Source: Candidatus Saccharimonas aalborgensis (GTDB lineage Bacteria > Patescibacteriota > Saccharimonadia > Saccharimonadales > Saccharimonadaceae). Taken from it: a stretch of 32,000 bases of DNA. The notes under the pieces are model-generated. The model did not search any database. It was given only the letters and a program-made list of their open reading frames with translations, and was not told the origin of the DNA. Position numbers and translations under genes: made by a program. Below are positions 24,512 through 32,000 of this stretch, in pieces. Positions within the stretch are counted from its first letter, which is position 1. Each line of letters begins with the position of its first letter. The stretch is taken from contig NC_021219.1 in the NCBI RefSeq assembly GCF_000392435.1, positions 450,001 through 482,000 of the forward strand. The letters are read 5' to 3'.

Positions 24512-24811
24512 ATGGTCGTAAGCGAAGTCAATGTAACACCAGTCAAGCCAAACAACGGCTTGATAGCCATAGCCAGTGTAGTTTTAGACGATAGTATCTA
24601 CCTAAACTCTATTGCCGTTTATACCAAACTGGACGGCTCGTATCGCCTACTATACCCGACTAAACAAGTGGGCAATAAGTCAGTTGGCTATCACTACCCA
24701 ATCAACCGACTAACTAGCAGGCTCATAGAAGACGCCGTATTCAAGAAATGTAGCGAACTGTTTGAAGGAAGTAGCAATGATAGACACGGTAAAAATACTC
24801 CTGACTTATAG
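24512..24811 (+). CDS. SpoVG-like DNA/RNA-binding protein
   Basis: VNVTPVKPNNGLIAIASVVLDDSIYLNSIAVYTKLDGSYRLLYPTK...YHYPINRLTSRLIEDAV is collinear with the SpoVG family pattern. Confidence 0.65.
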   Translation: MVVSEVNVTPVKPNNGLIAIASVVLDDSIYLNSIAVYTKLDGSYRLLYPTKQVGNKSVGYHYPINRLTSRLIEDAVFKKCSELFEGSSNDRHGKNTPDL

Positions 24812-25901
24812 CAGTCAGCCGAAATGGGTAACGGAAGCCAAACTATTCACTAACGTAGACGCCACCAAAGGTGTCTTCGTGGCATACAACAACCCAAGTA
24901 GCACCTATAAGAAACTAGGCATTTACCAACCACGCCTTACCTACACCGAAAGACCAAGAGGTAGACATATCAAGTCGTATCAACTAGCGATTGAGTTTTC
25001 TGCCCCAAAACTACTATTCAGCAACAACTTCACGGAACTAGCGGACACTGACTTTGACGCTGTTATTGCCAAACTGTCGGAAGTGCTACGCACGACTTAT
25101 GGCGTATGGGCATTTCCACACCTATTGGCTAACGCCCAAGTGGGCAAAATAGACTACTCAAAGAACATCGTGTTTGATGACCGCACACCAGTTTCAACTA
25201 TCACTGAAATACTGCGTAAAGCCGACATATCACGCCGTTACGATGTTCAGCACACCAACTTCAGGAATGGCGGACACGTTTACCACATACACACTAACGC
25301 TCTTGATATTGCCTTCTATGACAAAGTTGCCGACTTACGTCAAAACAAAGTCAGCGAAAAACGCAGTTACGAAAAAGGCGGTTATACGCAATTGAGCCTA
25401 CTAGACGAATTGGAAAAGCAAAAGACTGTCAGCGTTGCTCGTTTTGAGATACGACTAAATGGCGTTGCTAAACTACGCAAAGAACTAAAAGTTATTGGCG
25501 TTGATAGCACTGACATTACCTTTCGCACACTATTCAAGACCGACATATCACGCAAGGTGCTACTACGGCACTGGAAGAACATATTTGATGAACTGCCCAA
25601 AGCACCGTTTGCCGTGCTAGACAGTGCCGAGCAAAATCTTATTTCATACAAGCAGTCATACCCATACGCAAAGCCAGCCGAAACAGCCTTTGCCGTAATG
25701 CTCGCTATGATACGCAAAGACCACGATGACGAACGCTATGTCCGTAATGTCATAGAAGAATTGTTTGGCAAGCACACATACTACCGATACAAACGTAACG
25801 GACGCTCGCCACCGACCAAGACCCAGCTCAAAACTTTACTACATATAGAAGCCACGCTGACAGAAATGAAACCTGTGAGTATTGACGACTATACGCTGTA
25901 A
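24777..25901 (+). CDS. Putative replication initiation protein (phage/plasmid gpII/Rep-like)
   Basis: The MIDTVKILL start and the SAPKLLFSNNF block are typical of phage/plasmid replication-initiator families. There is an H-U-H-like VYHIHTN motif and Tyr clusters (YYRYK). I prefer ATG 24777 (SD GAAGGAAG) to TTG 24762. The assignment is tentative. Confidence 0.4.
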   Translation: MIDTVKILLTYSSQPKWVTEAKLFTNVDATKGVFVAYNNPSSTYKKLGIYQPRLTYTERPRGRHIKSYQLAIEFSAPKLLFSNNFTELADTDFDAVIAKLSEVLRTTYGVWAFPHLLANAQVGKIDYSKNIVFDDRTPVSTITEILRKADISRRYDVQHTNFRNGGHVYHIHTNALDIAFYDKVADLRQNKVSEKRSYEKGGYTQLSLLDELEKQKTVSVARFEIRLNGVAKLRKELKVIGVDSTDITFRTLFKTDISRKVLLRHWKNIFDELPKAPFAVLDSAEQNLISYKQSYPYAKPAETAFAVMLAMIRKDHDDERYVRNVIEELFGKHTYYRYKRNGRSPPTKTQLKTLLHIEATLTEMKPVSIDDYTL

Positions 25902-25970
25902 ATTATAAAGTATTATTAGCAAATATCATCAAATAGCACTATAATTCAACTATGATAAGGAAAAGCCACT

Positions 25971-27494
25971 ATGAAAAACGAAGTAACCGACTACGAAGGC
26001 GTCAAAGCCTTCAACATTGCTCGTGTATCAGACCCACGACAGACTGACGCCCTACCAGCACAAAAACTACGCCTAGACGCTTACAGCAACAGGCTCAAAC
26101 TAAATAGCGAATACTACGCTTTTGACGAAACCGCCTATAAGGAAGACCGCCAAAAGTTTCGTGAGATTGTTGATAATATCAAAAAATACCCGAACTTCTG
26201 TATCGTGGTATTTGATAAGATTGACCGCTTTACAAGGGACGCTTCTAGCGACATCGTTCAAACAATGAAAGGCTTGGTCAAAGAAGGCAAGATTGAACTA
26301 CACTTTCCATCTGACAACCTGATTTACCACAAAAACTCGCCTGCCAGCGACAAAACACGGCTTGGTATGGGTATGGTCTTCGGCGAATACTACTCATCGG
26401 CTATTAGCGACAACGTAAAACGCCGTCAGGAACAGAAGGTAGCCATTGGCGAGTTTCCTGGCAAAGCACCAGTCGGTTACAAGAATATCAACATCACGGA
26501 CGCCAACGGCAACATTATCAGCAAAGATATTGTGCCTGACCCTGTTCGTAGCAAGTATATTGTCAAAGCCTACGAAATGCGTCTTGATGGTAAATCGTTC
26601 CGCACCATCGCCAAACAACTCAAAGAGGACGGCTTACGAGCCAACACAAAAGGACAAGGTATTGTTTCCCAAAGTCAGATACAGACTATGCTTATGAACC
26701 CCTTCTATTACGGCGTAATGCGGTATAACGGCAAAGAATACCCACATAAGTATCAACCAATCATTGAAAAGCGATTGTTTGATAAGGTTCAGTTTCTCAA
26801 CGAAGACCGTAACAATAACAGCCACAAGACCCTGACACGCCAAGTCTTTACGTTTAGTGGCATTGTTCGTTGTGCTACCTGCGGTTGCTCATACTCATCT
26901 TACGAAAAGAAAGGGCGTGTTTATATGCGTTGCTCAAAAGCAAGACGAGATACGATTGACTGTAACCAACCGCCAGTACCAGAAGCCGAACTTTTACCGC
27001 AGGTTGATGACTTGCTGAAACAATTGTCTATTAGCGAAAGTATCGTCAATCAGGTGTTGGACGTCTTGAAGGGCGAACACGACAATATACAGTTGTATTA
27101 CCGTAACGCTATCAAAGAAACCAAAGACAAGGTTGACGTTATAGACAAGCGACTAGAAACGCTATACGAAGACCGCCTGGACGGACGTATTACTACGCCT
27201 GACTATGACAAATACGTAACTAGGTACAAAGCAGAAAAGGAAGAATTAGAATATAGGCTCGTTGAATATACCAACAACGATAAAAGTTTCATTTTGACCG
27301 CTTCACATCTGTTAGAACTAGCCCAAAACGCTCGTAGTATCTTCCAAAGTTCGCAACCTGCCCAAAAGAACAAAATCTTGAAGGCTCTACTTGCGAACTG
27401 CCAAATCAACGAAAAAAGGCTTCAACTCAATCTGTTGAAACCTTTCTCGGTACTTGTTGACAGCACTCTTTCACAAAATTGGCTCCCGCTATAG
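25971..27494 (+). CDS. Large serine recombinase (resolvase domain + recombinase domain + zinc ribbon + coiled coil)
   Basis: The N-terminal AFNIARVSDPRQ carries the catalytic Ser. Other elements are VVFDKIDRFTRD, the recombinase domain YGVMRYNGKEY, the zinc ribbon CATCGCSYSS...YMRCSK and a coiled-coil tail. SD AAGGAAAAG. Confidence 0.9.
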   Translation: MKNEVTDYEGVKAFNIARVSDPRQTDALPAQKLRLDAYSNRLKLNSEYYAFDETAYKEDRQKFREIVDNIKKYPNFCIVVFDKIDRFTRDASSDIVQTMKGLVKEGKIELHFPSDNLIYHKNSPASDKTRLGMGMVFGEYYSSAISDNVKRRQEQKVAIGEFPGKAPVGYKNINITDANGNIISKDIVPDPVRSKYIVKAYEMRLDGKSFRTIAKQLKEDGLRANTKGQGIVSQSQIQTMLMNPFYYGVMRYNGKEYPHKYQPIIEKRLFDKVQFLNEDRNNNSHKTLTRQVFTFSGIVRCATCGCSYSSYEKKGRVYMRCSKARRDTIDCNQPPVPEAELLPQVDDLLKQLSISESIVNQVLDVLKGEHDNIQLYYRNAIKETKDKVDVIDKRLETLYEDRLDGRITTPDYDKYVTRYKAEKEELEYRLVEYTNNDKSFILTASHLLELAQNARSIFQSSQPAQKNKILKALLANCQINEKRLQLNLLKPFSVLVDSTLSQNWLPL

Positions 27495-27647
27495 GTCTCG
27501 AACACTGCATCAGGGGTAAACGCTACAAATGGGACACGAAAACTGGTACTGTCCGATGAAGAAAAACGACGGCTTGTTCAGTACCTTTCGTTACTTATTG
27601 AGATGGATTTAGTAATTAAGAGAGGATTTTCTATGAATTTCAAATAA
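27495..27647 (+). pseudogene. 50 sense codons in frame directly after the recombinase TAG; degenerate paralogue of the 24215 small acidic protein, with no canonical start
   Basis: Translation is VSNTASGVNATNGTRKLVLSDEEKRRLVQYLSLLIEMDLVIKRGFSMNFK*. KLVLSDEEKRRLVQYLSLLIEMDL versus ELVLDEDEQFQLAKFLDALLEADM gives 9/24 identities plus conservative matches. Confidence 0.3.
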
Positions 27648-27707
27648 CCCTTTCTGTGTACCTTGCGTAAGGGGTATAGTTATTGTGGGAGATGTTTATT
27701 AAAGGAC

Positions 27708-30700
27708 ATGGTAGACTCACAGAAACAGAATAGCCGACTGAACACCGCTATCAGTAATGCCGGTCGACGCTACAACACTGAAGTTAACCTACAGATCCAT
27801 AATATCTTAGGCAGTCTCTATGCCTTAAATCGTGATTCTCGGTATATTACCGACCTACTGAAGTTAGCTTATAAATTAAAGCATCAAGTCGCATACCGTA
27901 TCGCCGACCACAAAGATAAGAATGCAGAAATAGTCAAGCTTAAAAGAGACATAGATAATCTAGTGGCAAGTCTAATAGCTATTAAGAACAAAAATAAAAA
28001 TCAAAACATACGTTGGAAAAGCATTCTAACAAAACTCGATGATACGGCCAGTGCTATGTATGAGCTATATAGATTCCTTAAAGATCTTCAAGATGAAGAG
28101 CGAAAAGGAGATCCATATGCAAAAACTACGGTAGAAACCGGAAATACTTGGTCAGCGTATCAAGCGTTAAATGACATTAAAGAGTTCTTAAGCGACAAAA
28201 GAACGAGGTTATTCAATACACCACGCATGATTCTACGTGGCGATGCCGGTATTGGAAAAACACATTTATTATGCGACTATGCCAAGTCACGCATAGATAC
28301 AGGCAAACCCACATTAATATTCCTGGCACACGAACTATCCGCATCTACTAGTACCGATCCAATAGAGTGTATGGCTTCGTTGCTGCAGTGCAGGACTAAG
28401 AAAGCTTTTCTGGATGACTTACAAAAATTGACAACAAAATCTATGGATAGAGTCTGCATAATAATTGATGCTGTCAATGAGGCAGATCAAATGGACTGGT
28501 CGGCACTTAAACAACTATTTTCTATAAGTAATCTCTCTGTCGTCGTCAGTGTACGCAATGGATATGAGAGTGTTATCAAGAATACCAATCAATACACAAC
28601 AATTGAGCACTACGGATTTGCTGATATGGAGTGGGAGGCTATAGATACCTTCTTCAAGCATCACAAGATGAAACTTCCAGAGATACCAATTGTAGATCCA
28701 GAGTTCAGAAATCCTCTATTCTTATCTATATTCTGTGAATCCTATGCTGGTAAAAAAGATAAAACGCCGAGGGGTCATGGGGCTACCCATGTTTTTGAGA
28801 TATATGTGGAAACTCAATCGAAAAAGATTTTGGAAGAGATTGGGCTAGATAAATTACCTAAAGACTATCTGTGGAAGAATGTCATCAAGAAGATGGGCAT
28901 CCTTATGGGCAACAGCGGCAACCCTCATGTCACAAAAACGGAACTATTAAGCATTATTCGTAATGATACAAAACTGATATCACACGACGATAAGCTTATT
29001 CCGCTGATGGAGCACCATGGACTAGTTATGAAGTATCCAAAATATAATAAAAATTATAAGCGAAACGGCTATTACTATGGATTCACCTACAACCGGTTTA
29101 GTGACCACCTAATAGTACGTTCTATACTCACAGAGAATAAAATTGATACAAGAGAAAAGGCCGAGAGATTCTTCAAAGACGGTAAATTTCTAGACAATAA
29201 CCTTTTTAATGTTGGCCTGCTTGAAGCATTGTCTATCCAGCTACCCGAAAGGTGCAATAAAACAGAGTTGGTATGGGCGGTACCAAAGAAATACCGTGAC
29301 AGCAGCAGTGTAAAAACAGCCTTTCTGGGTGGAGTTAAATGGCGTGATGTAGATTCAATTGACAAGAAGACTGGGGGTCTAAAATTCATAGACGAAACGC
29401 AGGTCATAAAATACATGAACGATTTTTTCACACACTCACGATATGACTTTAATAATGTTATGGATTGCATATTGGACGTATGCGCTATACCATCACACCC
29501 ACTCAACGCCCTACGATTACATAAAATACTAAGCAAGCATACCCTCCCTCATAGAGACGCGTGGTTACAAGAGTTTTTGCTGCATAGATCATACGAAGAT
29601 GGAAACGCAATAAACAGATTACAGTCTTGGAGTCTTAGTAGTCTAGTAAGTCATGCTAGTGTCGAATCTACTGAGCTAGCCAGCAACGGCGCAAGTCGGA
29701 CAGAGTCTGGCTACATCATCGATACCACCTCACCCGTGGTGACAATTACCGCACCTGCTGCCATCACGCTCGCAAACCAGTCCTCCTACCCGCTTGCTGG
29801 TTCCTGCACAAATGGTGATGGGGATGTGTCGGTCGTGATAAATGGCATCACTCACACCACTGCCTGTAGCGGCGGTAGCTGGTTGCTGACGCTTGACATG
29901 TCCTCGCTTCCAGATGCTTCTCCGGCTCTCACGGTGACAGCCAGCCAAACAGATGCAGCGGGCAATACGGGCAACGCCGGACCTCAAACAGCCCTCAAAG
30001 ATACTGTTGCGCCAACTGCCAGCATAACTCCACTCCTCAGCAACTCGGGCTCACCAGCCCTCTCTGGCGCTGTCTCAGACCCATCAGCGACGGTTACCGT
30101 AACTGTCAATGGTACGACATACACCGCTACCAACAACGGCGACGGCACCTGGAGTCTGCCAGCTGGTACGATAGCACCAGCACTTGCCGACGGGCCCTAT
30201 GACATCGTCATAACGGCAACTGACGGCGTGGGCAATACGGGTACCGACAGCACAGCCGACGAGCTAACGATAGACAAAACTGCTCCAACCGGTTCGCTTG
30301 CTCCGGTGGCTCCGGGTATTACCAACAGCCCAGCCCTCTCTGGCACCGTTTCAGATCCTTCGGCGATTGTCACCGTGACTGTCGATGGCACGACATACAC
30401 CGCTACCAACAACGGCGACGGCACCTGGAGTCTGCCAGCTGGCACGATAGCACCGGCACTGAACCCTGGCACGTACGATGTGGTTGTTTCATTCACAGAC
30501 ACCGCCGGTAACACGTCAACCGACCCGACAACCAATGAGCTGGTTATCCAGCGTAGCGATGCCGACCTCCCAACGGTGAATCCACTCAGCGCCTCAGGCG
30601 GCCAGCCGATTATTACCGGAACCTATGACGCCGAAAACAGCCAAAGCCTGTCAGTCACCGTCAATGGTGTTGCGTACGTGCTCGGGGTTGCAACACAGCT

Positions 30701-30968
30701 TACGGTCAGCGGCAATACCTGGAGGCTCGATCTTAGTTCGCTGAGCCCAGCACTTCCTGCTGGCGCTTATGACGTGAAGGTAGCAGTTACGACACGAGGA
30801 GGAGCGGTGCTTGGCGATAGTACAGCAGCAGAGCTAGTACTGAGTGCGCCAGCAAACCCCCTAGCCAGTACTGGATTATCCATCATTGTGCCGACAGTCT
30901 TCGGACTGGCACTCATTGTCACGAGCATGGTGCTTATATATCGCGCGAAACAACACAATAAGTTCTAG
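27708..30968 (+). CDS. Composite ORF: NACHT/STAND-like P-loop NTPase (to ~29690) fused in frame to an Ig-like-repeat, LAXTG-anchored surface-protein C-terminus
   Basis: Walker A GDAGIGKTHLL (28239-28262), Walker B VCIIIDAVNEA (28452-28484), NACHT-like FRNPLFLSIFCE. From ~29700 there are four Ig-like modules, then LASTG plus a hydrophobic stretch and YRAKQHNKF. There is no N-terminal signal peptide. GC jumps at the junction. Confidence 0.6.
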   Translation: MVDSQKQNSRLNTAISNAGRRYNTEVNLQIHNILGSLYALNRDSRYITDLLKLAYKLKHQVAYRIADHKDKNAEIVKLKRDIDNLVASLIAIKNKNKNQNIRWKSILTKLDDTASAMYELYRFLKDLQDEERKGDPYAKTTVETGNTWSAYQALNDIKEFLSDKRTRLFNTPRMILRGDAGIGKTHLLCDYAKSRIDTGKPTLIFLAHELSASTSTDPIECMASLLQCRTKKAFLDDLQKLTTKSMDRVCIIIDAVNEADQMDWSALKQLFSISNLSVVVSVRNGYESVIKNTNQYTTIEHYGFADMEWEAIDTFFKHHKMKLPEIPIVDPEFRNPLFLSIFCESYAGKKDKTPRGHGATHVFEIYVETQSKKILEEIGLDKLPKDYLWKNVIKKMGILMGNSGNPHVTKTELLSIIRNDTKLISHDDKLIPLMEHHGLVMKYPKYNKNYKRNGYYYGFTYNRFSDHLIVRSILTENKIDTREKAERFFKDGKFLDNNLFNVGLLEALSIQLPERCNKTELVWAVPKKYRDSSSVKTAFLGGVKWRDVDSIDKKTGGLKFIDETQVIKYMNDFFTHSRYDFNNVMDCILDVCAIPSHPLNALRLHKILSKHTLPHRDAWLQEFLLHRSYEDGNAINRLQSWSLSSLVSHASVESTELASNGASRTESGYIIDTTSPVVTITAPAAITLANQSSYPLAGSCTNGDGDVSVVINGITHTTACSGGSWLLTLDMSSLPDASPALTVTASQTDAAGNTGNAGPQTALKDTVAPTASITPLLSNSGSPALSGAVSDPSATVTVTVNGTTYTATNNGDGTWSLPAGTIAPALADGPYDIVITATDGVGNTGTDSTADELTIDKTAPTGSLAPVAPGITNSPALSGTVSDPSAIVTVTVDGTTYTATNNGDGTWSLPAGTIAPALNPGTYDVVVSFTDTAGNTSTDPTTNELVIQRSDADLPTVNPLSASGGQPIITGTYDAENSQSLSVTVNGVAYVLGVATQLTVSGNTWRLDLSSLSPALPAGAYDVKVAVTTRGGAVLGDSTAAELVLSAPANPLASTGLSIIVPTVFGLALIVTSMVLIYRAKQHNKF
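30055..30606 (+). repeat. Tandem 276-bp (92-aa) coding repeat, two well-conserved Ig-like modules
   Basis: 30114-30166 and 30390-30442 are identical 53-mers (acgacatacaccgctaccaacaacggcgacggcacctggagtctgccagctgg). Peptide: SPALSG.VSDPSA.VTVTV.GTTYTATNNGDGTWSLPAGTIAPAL. More diverged modules flank on both sides (29740-30850). Confidence 0.85.
30861..30965 (+). other. C-terminal cell-wall sorting signal, LAXTG type (LASTG + TM + basic tail)
   Basis: NPLASTG-LSIIVPTVFGLALIVTSMVLIY-RAKQHNKF. LAXTG is the motif associated with class E sortases. Confidence 0.6.
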
Positions 30969-31046
30969 TAGGGCCTCATCAATCTTTCCTCCCTTTATGT
31001 TGTCGTGTAGCTCTGTAGTGCATCGTAGCACTGAATGGAAAATTGC

Positions 31047-31442
31047 CTATTTCTCAGTGACGTTGACTGTAACGGTTTGTTCACCGCGACCATATTTACT
31101 GTCGCAAGTAAGATGAAAAGTGTACGGCCTTACATCATTCAGGCGTCCAGTACTAGCACTTCCCGTCGAAGTTTTCTCGCCGCTCCAGTCTCCATCCGCC
31201 TTACAACTTTGTGCCGCTCCAACAACAGACCAATTAAGTACACTATACTGTCCAACCACCTGCTGTTGTGGTTCGACGGACAATGTGATGACAGGAGGAG
31301 TACCTTGTGCTCCCGATGTTACAACAACCGAGCTATCATTAACATTGTTAATCTTTGAGAAAAACACCCCCTTCACCAAGATAAGACCCGTAACAGCCAT
31401 TGTTACAATTATCACAACACCGACAGTTCTCTTTATCCACAT
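31047..31442 (-). CDS. Membrane-anchored secreted protein with a small beta-sandwich-like domain
   Basis: N-terminal TM helix VGVVIIVTMAVTGLILV. The LNWSVVGAAQSCKADGDWSGEKTSTGSASTG...YTFHLTC pattern has paired Cys. SD GGAGGA. Confidence 0.5.
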   Translation of the reverse strand: MWIKRTVGVVIIVTMAVTGLILVKGVFFSKINNVNDSSVVVTSGAQGTPPVITLSVEPQQQVVGQYSVLNWSVVGAAQSCKADGDWSGEKTSTGSASTGRLNDVRPYTFHLTCDSKYGRGEQTVTVNVTEK

Positions 31443-31454
31443 ATATCCTCCATA

Positions 31455-32000
31455 TTACATTGAAAATTCTTCGCTATGTATACTAGTACGGGGAACGCCC
31501 CTGTCTTGAAGTTGCACTTTCAGCGCTCGCATCATGCTAGGAGGACCGCATAAGTACACGTCTCGTCCCACAATGGTTCCTGAAACTCTCTCTATATAAT
31601 CAAGGTCAAGTAATGACCCTTGTTCATCCCCGATAAAGGGCACAACACAAAGGACATCTCTTCTGAGGGCCACCTCACTCGCAAGGAGCTCCCAGTCAAT
31701 TATTTCGCTCCTGGTCTTAACTGAATAGAACAAATATACCCTGTACCCGACCGAAGGCAAATCTTTGATCATCGAAATGAACGGAGTGATTCCTATACCT
31801 CCGGCGATCCACACCTGATCCCTGTTGTCATAGTTGGCATAGTTGAATTTTCCGTACGCACCCTCAACTTCTGCGATTGTGCCGGGCTGTACCTGCAAGA
31901 GCCTACTTGTGTAATCGCCTAAGGACTTAATTGACAATTGCAAATCCGAGTCTACCTGTGAGGATGATGATATTGAAAAAGGGTGCCACTCCCGGCCAAC
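31455..32000 (-). CDS. Ferredoxin-reductase-type FAD/NAD(P)-binding oxidoreductase domain (ferric-reductase/NOX-like); N-terminus beyond the window end
   Basis: The frame stays open to base 32000 (VGREWHPFSISSS...). HPFSIS is the FAD-binding motif. IAGGIGITPF and LCGPPSMM are the NAD(P)-binding motifs. Confidence 0.75.
   Translation of the reverse strand, partial: VGREWHPFSISSSSQVDSDLQLSIKSLGDYTSRLLQVQPGTIAEVEGAYGKFNYANYDNRDQVWIAGGIGITPFISMIKDLPSVGYRVYLFYSVKTRSEIIDWELLASEVALRRDVLCVVPFIGDEQGSLLDLDYIERVSGTIVGRDVYLCGPPSMMRALKVQLQDRGVPRTSIHSEEFSM

Larger units (their letters stand above)
15780..29690. mobile_element. Integrative element / genomic island with a serine-recombinase module. The right end is sharp near 29.69 kb. 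The left end is uncertain (14.9-16.1 kb).
   Basis: Lower GC than the flanks. The element carries a large serine recombinase, Rep-like, SpoVG-like, XRE and Xis-like HTH genes. Cargo is a Type III R-M, DUF4238, an aldo/keto reductase and a STAND NTPase. Hand-counted GC is 37.5% for 29581-29660 versus 57.5% for 29681-29760. Confidence 0.5.

Noticed and set aside
27663-27707. TTG start at 27663 for the large composite ORF
   Set aside because: The 15-codon extension (MRKGYSYCGRCLLKD) has no support. ATG 27708 is the first canonical start. The choice remains uncertain.
29087-29536. 149-aa minus-strand ORF antisense to the NTPase gene
   Set aside because: No motifs and no SD. It is fully contained within a longer motif-bearing ORF on the other strand.
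30055-30606. Repeat array as a possible CRISPR
   Set aside because: The period is 276 bp, the repeats are coding (in-frame Ig-like modules) and lack a spacer/repeat structure. It is not a CRISPR array.
29730-30958. Minus-strand ORFs 29730..29987, 30197..30535 and 30767..30958 inside the Ig-repeat region
   Set aside because: These are GC-rich repeat DNA giving long antisense open frames. The sense frame carries the Ig-like repeats and the sorting signal.
31035-31509. Plus-strand ORFs 31035..31358 and 31120..31509
   Set aside because: They lie antisense to the SD-preceded 131-aa membrane-anchored protein gene and have no motifs.

Overview
About 32 kb of densely coded bacterial chromosome. Most genes are on the minus strand, and many junctions overlap by 4-17 nt. 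The gene content includes orphan nucleotide-salvage-type genes, an RRM RNA-binding protein, a heliorhodopsin, an LAXTG-type sorting signal and many leaderless-looking starts. This suggests a small-genome monoderm lineage (Saccharibacteria/CPR-like or actinobacteria-related), but that is a guess that sequence alone cannot prove. There are four blocks. (1) 1-3.4 kb holds restriction/defence-like genes: a DUF262 protein translationally coupled to an EcoRI-family N6-adenine methylase, then a GIY-YIG nuclease, a zeta-toxin-like P-loop protein and a DUF2188 protein. (2) 3.5-7.3 kb holds YdeI-like, YitT-like (apparent 1-nt frame break in an A7 run), a 164-aa unknown, ATP-grasp, an RRM protein and a clear heliorhodopsin. 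(3) 7.5-13.7 kb is an eight-gene, fully overlapping operon. It is headed by an NrtR-like Nudix regulator and encodes a RibA-like (GTP cyclohydrolase II fold) protein, a TrpF-like Amadori isomerase, two phosphoribosyltransferase-like proteins, a cyclase/formamidase-fold protein, a HAD hydrolase and a Tmk-like kinase. I cannot map this gene set to any described pathway, and it is my top candidate for a new system. (4) About 15-29.7 kb is an AT-richer integrative element. It carries a large serine recombinase, Rep-like, SpoVG-like, XRE and Xis-like genes, with cargo of DUF4238, an aldo/keto reductase, a Type III R-M and a NACHT/STAND-like NTPase. It ends at a sharp compositional junction near 29.69 kb inside a 1101-codon ORF, whose C-terminal part is a GC-rich Ig-repeat, LAXTG-anchored surface protein. 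No rRNA, tRNA or CRISPR array was found. All functional calls rest on motif recognition by eye and need HMM/BLAST confirmation.
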